This document shows, in pieces, positions 8,371 to 17,845 of a stretch of DNA of 64,000 nt. The position numbers were made by a program, and so were the translations under genes. This DNA comes from Acidimicrobiales bacterium (GTDB lineage Bacteria > Actinomycetota > Acidimicrobiia > Acidimicrobiales > SZUA-35): the NCBI GenBank assembly GCA_020630065.1, contig JAHDCC010000002.1, positions 204,092 through 268,091 on the forward strand. The letters run 5' to 3'. The notes under the pieces are model-generated. The model was given only the letters and a program-made list of their open reading frames with translations. It did not search any database and was not told where the DNA came from. The first letter of the stretch is position 1; every line of letters begins with the position of its first letter.

Positions 8371-9237
8371 ATGGATCTTCTATTCTCTCTGCTCCTCGAC
8401 GGTGCCTTCCTGATCAGCATTCTAGGTTTGGTCGCCCTTGGGCTCGGGGTAATCAACAACCTGTTAGGTATCACCAATATGGCTCATGGCGAGTTCATTG
8501 CGGTCGGGGCTTACACAGTAGTTGTGCTCACCGACCAAGGGCTGCCCTACTGGGTCACCCTCTTCATAGCGGCGCTGGTTGGTATGGCGCTAGGGGTGTT
8601 GTTGGAATCAACACTGATTCGGCGCCTTACCGACCGGCCGCTCGACGCCATCTTGGTGACGCTCGGGTTGGGGCTTGTAATGCAGCAAGTACTTAAAGAA
8701 ATGTTTGGATCAACACCTCGGTCGGTTGTGTCGCCGGTGTCGGGCACGTTCGACGTAGCCGGGCTGAGCTACCCGTTGTTTCGAATAACGATAATTGTGG
8801 CCGCAGTAGCCGCTGTCGCTGCCACGTTTCTGTTCTTCACCAAAAGTTCCTTTGGGCTCGTCGTCCAATCGATCTTTCAGAACAGGGAATCTGCACTAAC
8901 AAATGGAGTGAACGCCGGTAAATACAACCGTTTGGCATTCGGTATAGGGACAGGCCTGGCCGCTCTGGCTGGCAGCTTACTCGCTCCGAATGCGGCCGTT
9001 CTGCCAACGATGGGTGCGTTTTATCTTGCCCCGGCGTTTGTTGCGGTCATTCTCGGAGGTTCGAAACGATTGATGGGCGCCGTAGCGGGGGCGGCCTTTA
9101 TGGGAGGTTTAGAAGTGGTTATTGGTGAATCGTTCACCCGAACGTGGGGGCGAGCCGGTGTTCTTGTGTTAGCCATTATCGTCATACGTATGTGGCCTGA
9201 AGGGCTACTGCGAGAGCCTAAGGCGCGTGTAGCATGA
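8371..9237 (+). CDS. ABC transporter permease, LivH/UrtB-like
   Basis: 288 aa, multi-pass hydrophobic, branched-chain/urea-type permease pattern. Sits in an operon with the binding protein and ATPases. Confidence 0.85.
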   Translation: MDLLFSLLLDGAFLISILGLVALGLGVINNLLGITNMAHGEFIAVGAYTVVVLTDQGLPYWVTLFIAALVGMALGVLLESTLIRRLTDRPLDAILVTLGLGLVMQQVLKEMFGSTPRSVVSPVSGTFDVAGLSYPLFRITIIVAAVAAVAATFLFFTKSSFGLVVQSIFQNRESALTNGVNAGKYNRLAFGIGTGLAALAGSLLAPNAAVLPTMGAFYLAPAFVAVILGGSKRLMGAVAGAAFMGGLEVVIGESFTRTWGRAGVLVLAIIVIRMWPEGLLREPKARVA

Positions 9238-10274
9238 CGGCGGTCGACACAGTGGCCGTGCCGAATAACGCCAACTCGGCTCGTGACTGGATTAGCGGGG
9301 CGAGGACACTAGGTGGCACGGGGCTTCTTCTGGCAGCGTTAGCTATATTGCCGTCGTTTCTTGGCCCGTTCAACATAGTTCTCGGCGCTCAGATTCTCGC
9401 CTACAGCGTGGTGGCATTGAGTCTGCAGTTGTTGTGGGGTCGAGCCGGCCAGCTGAGTTTCGGGCAGGCGGCATTTTTCGGAATGGGTGCCTATGCGTAT
9501 GCCATTCTGGGAACTCGCTATGAACTGAACGGCTGGTACATTTTGGCCGCAGCGCTCGTGATTCCAGCTGGCACGGCTTTGATCCTTGGCTACTTCCTAT
9601 TCTTCGGACGGGTCAGAGACGCCTACTTCAGCATCGTCACACTAGCGTTCGTTCTGGTCGCCAACCAAGTGGTCATTTCGTGGCGGTCAGTGACCGGGGG
9701 CGACACCGGACTCACCCGGGTTCCTGGTCTTGTGTTGCCGTTTGGAGGGTTCGAAGTCGACTTTACGTCGCGCAACGGACGGTACTATCTCGGCTTATTG
9801 ATTTTCTCTATTGCCTTATTCGTAGCACTCCTTGTCCGTCGAAGCTCGTTTGGCTTAGTGCTAGAAGCGATTCGAGATGACGAAAATAGGGCATCGTTTC
9901 TTGGCTACAACACGCCGATGTATCTGACGATGGCGTTCACCCTTTCGGCTGCGCTTGCGGGAGTCGCCGGGGGAGCGTTCGCTTCGATCAGCACGCTCGC
10001 CGCACCGGACATGATCGATCAGTTTCTCTCCATCCAGATTCTTACCTGGGTTGCCATAGGGGGCCGAAACTATCTAGCTGGAGCCCTTGTCGGCACCGTT
10101 GTCATGAGGGTCCTAAACAATCAGGTTTCTGATGTCTTGCCGGAATCGTGGCCACTAGTGGTTGGTTTGTTCTTTGTCGTAGTCGTCATGTTCTTTCCCG
10201 CCGGGCTGGTTGGCGGGTTGGCGAAACTTCGCGCACAGCTAGCGTCTCGCCGAGTTGAGAAGGCGAGGGCCTAA
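9234..10274 (+). CDS. ABC transporter permease, LivM/UrtC-like
   Basis: 346 aa, multi-pass. There is a 4-nt ATGA overlap with the preceding permease gene. Confidence 0.85.
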   Translation: MTAVDTVAVPNNANSARDWISGARTLGGTGLLLAALAILPSFLGPFNIVLGAQILAYSVVALSLQLLWGRAGQLSFGQAAFFGMGAYAYAILGTRYELNGWYILAAALVIPAGTALILGYFLFFGRVRDAYFSIVTLAFVLVANQVVISWRSVTGGDTGLTRVPGLVLPFGGFEVDFTSRNGRYYLGLLIFSIALFVALLVRRSSFGLVLEAIRDDENRASFLGYNTPMYLTMAFTLSAALAGVAGGAFASISTLAAPDMIDQFLSIQILTWVAIGGRNYLAGALVGTVVMRVLNNQVSDVLPESWPLVVGLFFVVVVMFFPAGLVGGLAKLRAQLASRRVEKARA

Positions 10275-11014
10275 TGGACGAATCGCAATCGTTAGCGTTG
10301 GAATCGGTAACTGTCCGATTTGGGGGACTGACCGTCCTCGATGACTTATCACTTCGATTCGGGCATTCTCCGATCAGTTCACTAATCGGACCGAATGGGG
10401 CGGGCAAGACCACCGTATTTAACACCTTCAGTGGCATCGTAAAGCCAGTGTCGGGAAGTCTTTTACTCAACGGGAAAGACATGACTGGCCACTCTCCGAT
10501 TGAGATCGCTCGAGCGGGTGTTGTACGAAAATTTCAAGTTCCCACGGTCTTCCACAATCTAAGTGTCGGCAACAATCTTAAGGTGGCCGCACAGTCTCCG
10601 CGGATAGAAACTGCTGGTTCGGCCAAAGACATTCGCTGGAGTACAGGCGACGTAGCAGAGAAACTCGGACTGTCTTCAAAGATGAAAACCTTGGCCGCCG
10701 AGCTGTCACATGGAGAGCGTCAGTGGCTGGAAATCGGCATGGCGTTCCTAGCTCACCCGCGATTTTTGTTACTGGACGAACCAGCCGCCGGGCTTGGACC
10801 TGAAGAATCCGACCACACTGCAGGCCTCATTCGGACCATATCGGAGTTCTGCAAAACCATCGTGATTGAACATGACATGAGATTCATACGTGAACTTGGT
10901 GGTGACGTCACCGTTCTCCACCAAGGCCGTCTGCTGAAACAGGGAACCATGGAAGAAATAGAAGCCGACCACATTGTGCGCGATGTATACCTGGGACGAG
11001 ACGCCGATGCTTAA
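10274..11014 (+). CDS. ABC transporter ATP-binding protein, LivG/UrtD-like
   Basis: Walker A GPNGAGKTT, signature LSHGERQ, Walker B LLLDEP. Confidence 0.9.
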   Translation: MDESQSLALESVTVRFGGLTVLDDLSLRFGHSPISSLIGPNGAGKTTVFNTFSGIVKPVSGSLLLNGKDMTGHSPIEIARAGVVRKFQVPTVFHNLSVGNNLKVAAQSPRIETAGSAKDIRWSTGDVAEKLGLSSKMKTLAAELSHGERQWLEIGMAFLAHPRFLLLDEPAAGLGPEESDHTAGLIRTISEFCKTIVIEHDMRFIRELGGDVTVLHQGRLLKQGTMEEIEADHIVRDVYLGRDADA

Positions 11015-11708
11015 CATCGAAAACGTTGTGTCCGGGTACGGCAAAATAAAAGTCCTCGACGAGGTGAGTTTTTCTGTCGGCGCAGGCGAACGCGTCGTGT
11101 TGCTCGGACGAAACGGGATGGGAAAGACCACCTTGGCGAAGACTGTCGTAGGGTTGCTTCCGCTCTGGTCCGGTTCGTTGTCGCTGGAATCCAACACCAT
11201 TAACGATTGGCCTCCGTATCGACGGACTTGGGACGGTATCGGCTACGTCCCTCAAGGCCGGGGCTTGTTCCCCAAGTTGACGGTGGAAGAAAATTTGCGG
11301 ATGGGTCTGTATGGTACAAGACCGAGAACCAACTCGATAGCTGACGAAATCTTCGACTATTTTCCTGTTCTCGGCGAGCGTAGAAACCAGGCCGCTGGGA
11401 CGTTGTCGGGAGGAGAGCAACAACAACTTTCGATTGGGCGAGCCTTAGTTGGTAAACCGTCGGTTCTCATATTGGACGAACCTTCCGAAGGTATTCAGCC
11501 AAACCTAGTTGCTTCGATAGCCGACCGTCTTAAGTCGCTGGCAGTAGATACCGGGCTTGCTGTACTGCTGATCGAACAGAACATAGACGCCGCTTTGCGT
11601 TTCGCCGAACGATGTGTGTTTATCGACAATGGCACAGTCGTGCACGCCTGCAGTGCCGAAGACCTCAAACAAGACGAGAGCCTAGTTGGGCAACTATTGG
11701 GCGTCTAA
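11007..11708 (+). CDS. ABC transporter ATP-binding protein, LivF/UrtE-like
   Basis: Walker A GRNGMGKTT, signature LSGGEQQ, Walker B LILDEP. ATG at 11007 (MLNIENV) overlaps the upstream stop (ATGCTTAA). Confidence 0.9.
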   Translation: MLNIENVVSGYGKIKVLDEVSFSVGAGERVVLLGRNGMGKTTLAKTVVGLLPLWSGSLSLESNTINDWPPYRRTWDGIGYVPQGRGLFPKLTVEENLRMGLYGTRPRTNSIADEIFDYFPVLGERRNQAAGTLSGGEQQQLSIGRALVGKPSVLILDEPSEGIQPNLVASIADRLKSLAVDTGLAVLLIEQNIDAALRFAERCVFIDNGTVVHACSAEDLKQDESLVGQLLGV

Positions 11709-11747
11709 TGCACTACAGATTAGCTCACTTATCTCAGCCAAAAGCGA

Positions 11748-11763
11748 GCCGTCGGACGACGGC
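11748..11763 (+). other. GC-rich hairpin gccgtc-ggac-gacggc between the ABC ATPase gene and the amidase gene
   Basis: Read directly; followed by attcgtatttc. Possible partial terminator or attenuator inside the operon. Confidence 0.3.
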
Positions 11764-11811
11764 ATTCGTATTTCACAGCACCGACGTGTCGGTTGGACAA
11801 AGGGACAGATT

Positions 11812-13362
11812 ATGAGTATCCAAACACCAGATGATGAAGAACTTAAACAGATAGCAGATAGATGGCGGTTAGACATCGCCTCAAACGACATTGGCATCTA
11901 CAGACAATTGGTAGACGACGCCCTCGATTCATACGGCCGAGTCGATGAGCTCTACGCCGAACAACAACCGGTAACTCCACAACGAACGAGTCGTGAACCT
12001 GACGGACAAGACAATGCGTTGGGTGCCTGGTACCGGCAATGTTCGATCAAAGAGCAGAGCTTCGGCCCATTGGCCGGGAGCACCTTTGCGGTCAAAGACA
12101 ACACCGCGGTAGCCGGCGTGCCAATGATGAACGGCTCGCGAATCGTTGAAGGCTATGTTCCCGCGGTTGACGCGACCATAGTCAAACGGATACTGGCAGC
12201 CGGAGGCGAAATCAAAGGTAAATCGGTTTGTGAAGACCTTTGTCTGTCGGGGGCCAGCCATACTGCGGCAACTGGTCCGGTACGTAACCCCTGGGACCTG
12301 ACGCGAACCGCTGGTGGCTCTTCAGGAGGAAGCGGCGCATTGGTTGCGTCGGGCGAAGTGGATATGGCTACCGCCGGTGACCAAGGCGGCTCGATTCGGA
12401 TGCCGTCAGCGTTCAACGGCATCTGCGGTCTGAAACCTACCTTCGGTCTCGTACCCTACACCGGTGCCTATCCGATCGAATGGACCATCGACCATCTGGG
12501 TCCGATCGCCCGCAATATCTCAGATCTTGCAACGTTTCTAACCGCTATCGCAGGTCCTGACGGACACGACCCTCGCCAAACCGATGCTCCGTCCGGCGTT
12601 GACTACTCAGCGGGACTCAATGACGGTATTGGCGGGCTCCGAATCGGCATCGTCGCCGAAGGGTTCGGATGGGAAGGTCGAAGCGAACAAGACGTCGATG
12701 ACATGGTCATGGCGGCCGCTCACCGGTTTAAAGACCTAGGAGCAGAAGTCTCGACAATCTCCATTCCGCTCCATCGAGACGCCGAACATGTATGGCGTGT
12801 ACTAGGGACCGAAGGAGGGGTGTGGCAGATGATTCGAGGAAACGGTTACGGCATGAACTACCGAGGCCTCTATGACCCCGAGCAGATTGAGCACTCGAAT
12901 ACGGGTTGGAAAACCAACGCCCGACATGTTTCTAAAACCTTAAAAACAGCGATTCTGTGCGCCGAGTACACCATCGAACAAACCGGTGGGTCAGCTTACG
13001 CCAAAGCGTCTAACGTACGCCCAAGAATCAACGCCGCCCTCGATGCTGCGTTGACCGAATATGACGTGTTGTGTTACCCGACTTTGCCGTATCGGGCAAA
13101 GAAAATTCCTTCGAGTGATGCGCCGATAGAAGAATATGTGGCCCGAGCTTGGGACATGATGCCGAACACGCAAGTAACAAACGTGACCGGACACCCTGAC
13201 CTAACAATACCGGTCGCGCAAGGTGAGGGTCTCCCGGTCGGAATGTCGATTGTAGGAAAACAATGGGACGAAAGAACCGTCCTGCGGGTAGGTCGAGCTT
13301 ACGAAACCATCGTCGGAGGGTTTGAACTCTCACCGATGGCTAAAGAACGCCTGAACGCGTAA
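11812..13362 (+). CDS. Amidase (amidase-signature family), closely resembling the nitrile-hydratase-linked enantioselective amidase of Rhodococcus/Brevibacterium
   Basis: AS motif GGSSGGSGALVASGEVDMATAGDQGGSIRMPSAFNGICGLKPTFGLVPYTG. It is long-range collinear with the Rhodococcus amidase as I remember it (KDNTAVAGVPMMNGSRIVEGY, CEDLC, TIDHLGPIAR). ATG at 11812 (MSIQTPDD) preferred over the ORF-track start at 11686. Confidence 0.9.
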   Translation: MSIQTPDDEELKQIADRWRLDIASNDIGIYRQLVDDALDSYGRVDELYAEQQPVTPQRTSREPDGQDNALGAWYRQCSIKEQSFGPLAGSTFAVKDNTAVAGVPMMNGSRIVEGYVPAVDATIVKRILAAGGEIKGKSVCEDLCLSGASHTAATGPVRNPWDLTRTAGGSSGGSGALVASGEVDMATAGDQGGSIRMPSAFNGICGLKPTFGLVPYTGAYPIEWTIDHLGPIARNISDLATFLTAIAGPDGHDPRQTDAPSGVDYSAGLNDGIGGLRIGIVAEGFGWEGRSEQDVDDMVMAAAHRFKDLGAEVSTISIPLHRDAEHVWRVLGTEGGVWQMIRGNGYGMNYRGLYDPEQIEHSNTGWKTNARHVSKTLKTAILCAEYTIEQTGGSAYAKASNVRPRINAALDAALTEYDVLCYPTLPYRAKKIPSSDAPIEEYVARAWDMMPNTQVTNVTGHPDLTIPVAQGEGLPVGMSIVGKQWDERTVLRVGRAYETIVGGFELSPMAKERLNA

Positions 13363-13402
13363 ATAGGAACACAGAAAATCCGACTGGACTAGGAGACAAT
13401 AC

Positions 13403-14362
13403 ATGTCGACAAATGAGCTTAAGGTGGCAGTGGTTCAAGCCTCTTCCCTTGGGGGCGGAACCGCTGCCACCTTAGACAAAGCTACCGAACTCATCGCTGA
13501 ATGCGGCCGACAAGACGTCTCGTTGGCCGTATTTCCTGAAGCCTTTATCGGTGGTTACCCCAAGGGTGCGAACTTCGATATTTTTGTCGGCGCACGGACC
13601 TCTAAAGGGCGTCAAGAGTACGCTGACTATTGGAGCCAATCTATTGCTGTGCCTGGACCTGAAACTTCGACTCTAGGTCAAGCGGCAAAAGATTCGGAGC
13701 TTTACCTCGTGATTGGGGTAGTCGAAAACGAAGGCGGCACGCTCTACTGTTCGGTCCTCTATTTCGGGCCGTCCGGTGAGCTGCTTGGCAAACATCGAAA
13801 GACGATGCCGACTGGGGCCGAGAGGCTTTGCTGGGGATTTGGTGATGCGTCTACCATGCCCGTGATCGACACTCCTTGGGGCAAACTAGGGGCAGTTATT
13901 TGTTGGGAGAACTATATGCCGCTGCTCCGAACAGTGATGTACGGCAAAGGGGTTACGTTGTATTGTGCACCGACAGCCGATGACCGAGATACCTGGGCAG
14001 CCTCGATGCAACACATCGCTCTCGAAGGCAGGTGCTTTGTGCTGTCAGCTTGTCAATACTTAGAACGGCGCGAATTTTTTCCAACGATGGCTAACAAAAT
14101 TTCCGACAGTGAAGAGGACGTCTTGATGCGTGGGGGAAGCCTGATTGTGAACCCGATGGGGCAGATCGTTGCGGGCCCGCATTTTGGTGAAGAGACTATG
14201 TTGGTGGCCACACTCGATATCGATCAAGTGGTAAAGGCAAAGTTCGATTTTGATGTTGTCGGCCACTACGCACGACCGGATCTTTTTAACCTTGTTGTCG
14301 ATGAGCGGCCAAAGTCTCCAGTAACGAGTATTTCGTCCGAACTTTCTCCAACCGAGGATTAG
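13403..14362 (+). CDS. Nitrilase (carbon-nitrogen hydrolase superfamily, branch 1)
   Basis: Catalytic E-K-C context: FPEAFIGGYP, HRKTMPT, CWENYMPLLR. 319 aa. Confidence 0.9.
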   Translation: MSTNELKVAVVQASSLGGGTAATLDKATELIAECGRQDVSLAVFPEAFIGGYPKGANFDIFVGARTSKGRQEYADYWSQSIAVPGPETSTLGQAAKDSELYLVIGVVENEGGTLYCSVLYFGPSGELLGKHRKTMPTGAERLCWGFGDASTMPVIDTPWGKLGAVICWENYMPLLRTVMYGKGVTLYCAPTADDRDTWAASMQHIALEGRCFVLSACQYLERREFFPTMANKISDSEEDVLMRGGSLIVNPMGQIVAGPHFGEETMLVATLDIDQVVKAKFDFDVVGHYARPDLFNLVVDERPKSPVTSISSELSPTED

Positions 14363-14481
14363 AAATCAGGAGCTAAAAGTGTGTTTGCTGATTTGTTTAA
14401 GTTGTGCCGAAAAGGTGGCGAAATAACCATGAACACCTCTCGCTACCAGATGTCTCGTGCATCTCGGAACGGTAAGAACGT

Positions 14482-15762
14482 ATGTCGGCAAGTAACAATT
14501 CACCGAAGACGGCGGCCGCCCCCAGCCTGGGACGACGATCGATACTTCGCGCTGGCCTAGGACTAGCGGCGGCTGCCGCTCTCGCTCCTGCGCTCGCAGC
14601 CTGTTCGTCTGACTCATCAGTCACCAACGGGAGTGGCAAACCTGCTGCCGCGGGAAGCTCTGACGGTCCGATAAAGCTTGGTTTCCTCAGCGACTTCACC
14701 GGCACACTCGCCACTCAAGGAGAGATCCAGTTCAACTGTTTCAACCTTGCAGTGAATCAGATTAACAGTGCCGGAGGTATCGCCGGTAGAGAGATTCAGG
14801 TCATCGAGGAAGATGACGGCAGCGACTCGACCCAGACCATCGAAAAAGCGACGAAACTTGCGTTGGAAGACGAAGTTGTTGCCATCGTGGGCGGAATAAC
14901 AAGTCTGACGCGTGAAGCGGCCTTGACCGTGCTGCCAGCCGAAAACGTTCCATACCTGTACACGACGTTCTATGAAGGCGCGGCCGCTGGTGCGGTTGCC
15001 TGCGACAGTAACCTGATCAGTACTGGACAGGTTCCGAATCAGCAGATGGAGCCTTTGATCCCGTACCTGACGGAGAACGTCGGCACAAGCTACATGATTG
15101 TTGGGTCAGACTATATTTGGCCACGCGGGACCACCGAGGTCTTAGAACGCTTGGTTGACGATGTCGGCGGATCGGTGCATTCAGCCACATACTACCCGTT
15201 TGGAACTACCGACTTCGGTCCGTTCTTGCAAGAGTTGGAGGAAGTCAATCCAGATATTTGTTGGGTGTCTCTAGCGGGCGCCGATATCAATACATTTCTT
15301 AAGCAATACCAGCAGTTCGGGGCAAGCGCTCAGATCGCTGCCATATCAATGGACGAAGTCATAGCTTCGTTGAGCCCGGGAACCGGTGTTGGTGCAATTA
15401 CCTCGCAATCGTATTTCATGGCAGTCGACAACGAAAACAACAAGAAATTTCTTGCTGACTATCGAACCGCCTACGGTGAGGAAAGCCTCGTGAACGGTAT
15501 TGGTGAAGGTGCCTACAGTGCCGTGTATTTGTTCAAAGGGGCAATCGAGGCAGCTGACGGGTCAACCGATCCTGAGGTGTGGAAACCGAAACTCGGTTCG
15601 GTGACGTTTGAAGCGCCAGGTGGAACCATAAAAGTTGACCCGGAAACCCAACACGTCATCGGCAGTAACTATATTGCGCAGGTCAATCCAGACGGCACGT
15701 TAAAGATACTGTCTGAGCAGCATGACGTTGCGCCAAAGGTCGATAGCTGCAACCTGATTTAG
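14482..15762 (+). CDS. ABC transporter substrate-binding lipoprotein, UrtA/FmdD/AmiC family, paralog 2
   Basis: Signal RRSILRAGLGLAAAAALAPALAAC|SS. Collinear with 6957..8270. My hand count over a ~128-aa central stretch gave about 70% identical positions; this was not computed over the full length. Confidence 0.85.
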   Translation: MSASNNSPKTAAAPSLGRRSILRAGLGLAAAAALAPALAACSSDSSVTNGSGKPAAAGSSDGPIKLGFLSDFTGTLATQGEIQFNCFNLAVNQINSAGGIAGREIQVIEEDDGSDSTQTIEKATKLALEDEVVAIVGGITSLTREAALTVLPAENVPYLYTTFYEGAAAGAVACDSNLISTGQVPNQQMEPLIPYLTENVGTSYMIVGSDYIWPRGTTEVLERLVDDVGGSVHSATYYPFGTTDFGPFLQELEEVNPDICWVSLAGADINTFLKQYQQFGASAQIAAISMDEVIASLSPGTGVGAITSQSYFMAVDNENNKKFLADYRTAYGEESLVNGIGEGAYSAVYLFKGAIEAADGSTDPEVWKPKLGSVTFEAPGGTIKVDPETQHVIGSNYIAQVNPDGTLKILSEQHDVAPKVDSCNLI

Positions 15763-15840
15763 GTTCCGCAAACCAAGGCGCGTCGATTATGTGATCGTTG
15801 GGTATCTATGCGATAGTCATTTTGTAGACGACTGCTCTAG

Positions 15841-16656
15841 ATGGCGTTAGGTTTGGGAAGTGTGGGACGTTCAGAAGCTCAATCTGACTATCAGCTTGTA
15901 ATCCGACGCGCTTTAGAGCTAGCGGACGTGGACGAGACAGCTGGCGGACCCGTCGAACCGGTATCGTTATCGAACCTTCCGAGAGAGGCTGTTCAAGAAA
16001 TCGCGGATGAGCTCGGTATCCCTCAAGCTGCTTTAGCTCAAGCGTTGGCTGAACATTCTGCCGGCGTCAACCAAGACTCATCGCTCGCCGAACGGGTTCT
16101 AGGGGCGAGGTTCGTTTCGGCCAGTCATCGCTGCGGGTTCGAAGAAGAAAACGCTAAACAGCGGCTGTATTCTTGGCTTGAGCGGGGGCATGGGTTACGA
16201 ACCAGAACTACCGCTGAGGGTCTCGTGGTTGGTCACCGTCGCCGAGGGGCAGTCGGGCGTGTTTCTAACACTGTCCGTAAAGCTCGCGGTGAGCAGGGTC
16301 TGAGTACCTCTCGAGAGGTGCGGGCCGCGGTCGTATCTGTAGGTTCGAACAATACCGGGCTGTCAGTGGTCGCTGATGTGTCAGATCAACGGGCGAAGTC
16401 GGTGGCTGCAGGTGCAGTGACTACGGCTGGTGCCGCCGGGTTCGCCAGTATTGTTTTAATCTTCACCCCGGTCGGGCTTATAGGGCTACCAGTTTCGGTT
16501 ATCGCAGGTTTCACCGTTGCTCGATTAACCCATCGTTCTACGGTCCGACGGGTGAAAGCCGAGGTCGAAATGACGGTCGACGCGGTTGCCTCAGGTCAGC
16601 AGCCAGCTGGGGTTGTAGCCTCGGTCGTAAACCGGCTTCGCCCAAAAGAGTTCTAG
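15841..16656 (+). CDS. Hypothetical protein with a C-terminal hydrophobic (probable membrane) segment
   Basis: 271-aa ORF with coding-like composition. Hydrophobic stretch AGAVTTAGAAGFASIVLIFTPVGLIGLPVSVIAGF. No family recognised. Confidence 0.45.
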   Translation: MALGLGSVGRSEAQSDYQLVIRRALELADVDETAGGPVEPVSLSNLPREAVQEIADELGIPQAALAQALAEHSAGVNQDSSLAERVLGARFVSASHRCGFEEENAKQRLYSWLERGHGLRTRTTAEGLVVGHRRRGAVGRVSNTVRKARGEQGLSTSREVRAAVVSVGSNNTGLSVVADVSDQRAKSVAAGAVTTAGAAGFASIVLIFTPVGLIGLPVSVIAGFTVARLTHRSTVRRVKAEVEMTVDAVASGQQPAGVVASVVNRLRPKEF

Positions 16657-16691
16657 CTCGATTCGCCCGCCCACTCTGTTAACTACGCGGC

Positions 16692-17405
16692 TTACTGCTC
16701 TGCGTCAATAGCTGTGGTATCGGCATCGGTAGTCGGTTTGGTCTCGTCGTCTTCGTTGCTGAGGTCGACGAGTGATTTGATTTCACTGTTGTCACCTCGG
16801 AATTCGCCGAACACAGTCCAAAGGACTCCGAGTAGCATGAATCCGAACACCCAGATGCGGTAGCGGCCGATGAAATCGACGGTCCCGCTGACCCACGGCT
16901 CGATTGTTTTGCCCAGATACCAGATAATGACCAGTCGGGCGATCGTCCCAGAAATATTCAACGCAAAGAACGTCTTGAGTTTGATTCCGGTCGCTCCGGC
17001 AAGAGCACAAACATACTGATTCGGTGCTGCGAATATAAAGAAATAGGCTCCTTTACGAAACCAAGATTCGCCGTCTCGGACAAGAGGCCCATAGGTTCGG
17101 CTTCGCCGCTCGATCCACGCGATTGCTTTGTCTCCGTACCAGTAGCCAAGAAGGAAAAACAGCGGATCAGCCGCTATGAGTCGAATGAACCCAACCGTGT
17201 AGTAGCTGACGGCACTAAGTTGCTCGGTGACGAGAAGAAGGTTTCGGTTACGGGCGCTCAACGCGATGAGGGCTAAAGGCCGTTTGTCGACAAAGTCGGC
17301 TAAGAGCAGGTCGCCGGCCAGCGCGGCGACGAAGAAAAAAATGACCAGGCCGATCACTATGCGACTCACGATTTTGGGTGGCGCCACGTTGCGCTGAAGT
17401 ATCAT
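16692..17405 (-). CDS. DedA/VTT-family membrane protein
   Basis: 237 aa, multi-pass. Contains the GYWYGDKAIAWIERR-type block typical of DedA (SNARE-associated) proteins. Confidence 0.8.
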   Translation of the reverse strand: MILQRNVAPPKIVSRIVIGLVIFFFVAALAGDLLLADFVDKRPLALIALSARNRNLLLVTEQLSAVSYYTVGFIRLIAADPLFFLLGYWYGDKAIAWIERRSRTYGPLVRDGESWFRKGAYFFIFAAPNQYVCALAGATGIKLKTFFALNISGTIARLVIIWYLGKTIEPWVSGTVDFIGRYRIWVFGFMLLGVLWTVFGEFRGDNSEIKSLVDLSNEDDETKPTTDADTTAIDAEQ

Positions 17406-17524
17406 CTACGAATTTCCTAGGCTCTGTAATGTCACCACGCTTAGCATAGTGGTCGCTACCAGGGCTTGTTGTGGCGGCTTGGGTCGCGCTCGACTACCCG
17501 GTCGATCGAGGCTAGCATTACAGC

Positions 17525-17845
17525 TTGGCTGATGTAGAAATTGATGACGAACTTTTTTGGGAAGTCGCCGAGGTCTTTCTTGAACGTGGGGCCGATCGAT
17601 CGACGATGATGGGGTACCCCTGTTTGCGGCGTGATGGCAAGTTTTTTGCCAGCCTTGACCGCCGAACCGGTGACCTGGTAGCAAAGCTGTCCAAGGACAG
17701 GGTCGATGAATTAATCGAATCTGATGTGGGTGGCCCGTTTGCTCCTGCCGGTCGCCGATTCAAAGAGTGGGTGGTAGTTGAACAGCGCGACTTCGAGCTT
17801 TGGCAACGCCTATTTGAAGAGGCCTACGAATTCGTCGGTGAATAG
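17525..17845 (+). CDS. Small hypothetical protein (possibly TfoX-N/YjbR-like fold)
   Basis: 106-aa ORF with a TTG start. The MGYPCLRRDGKFFASL pattern resembles TfoX N-terminal-domain proteins. The 3' end overlaps the convergent gene by 22 nt. Confidence 0.4.
   Translation: MADVEIDDELFWEVAEVFLERGADRSTMMGYPCLRRDGKFFASLDRRTGDLVAKLSKDRVDELIESDVGGPFAPAGRRFKEWVVVEQRDFELWQRLFEEAYEFVGE

Noticed and set aside
17421-17524. Long-range 8-bp inverted repeat ctgtaatg ... cattacag spanning the dedA upstream region
   Set aside because: The arms are about 85 nt apart with no supporting internal pairing, which is compatible with chance.
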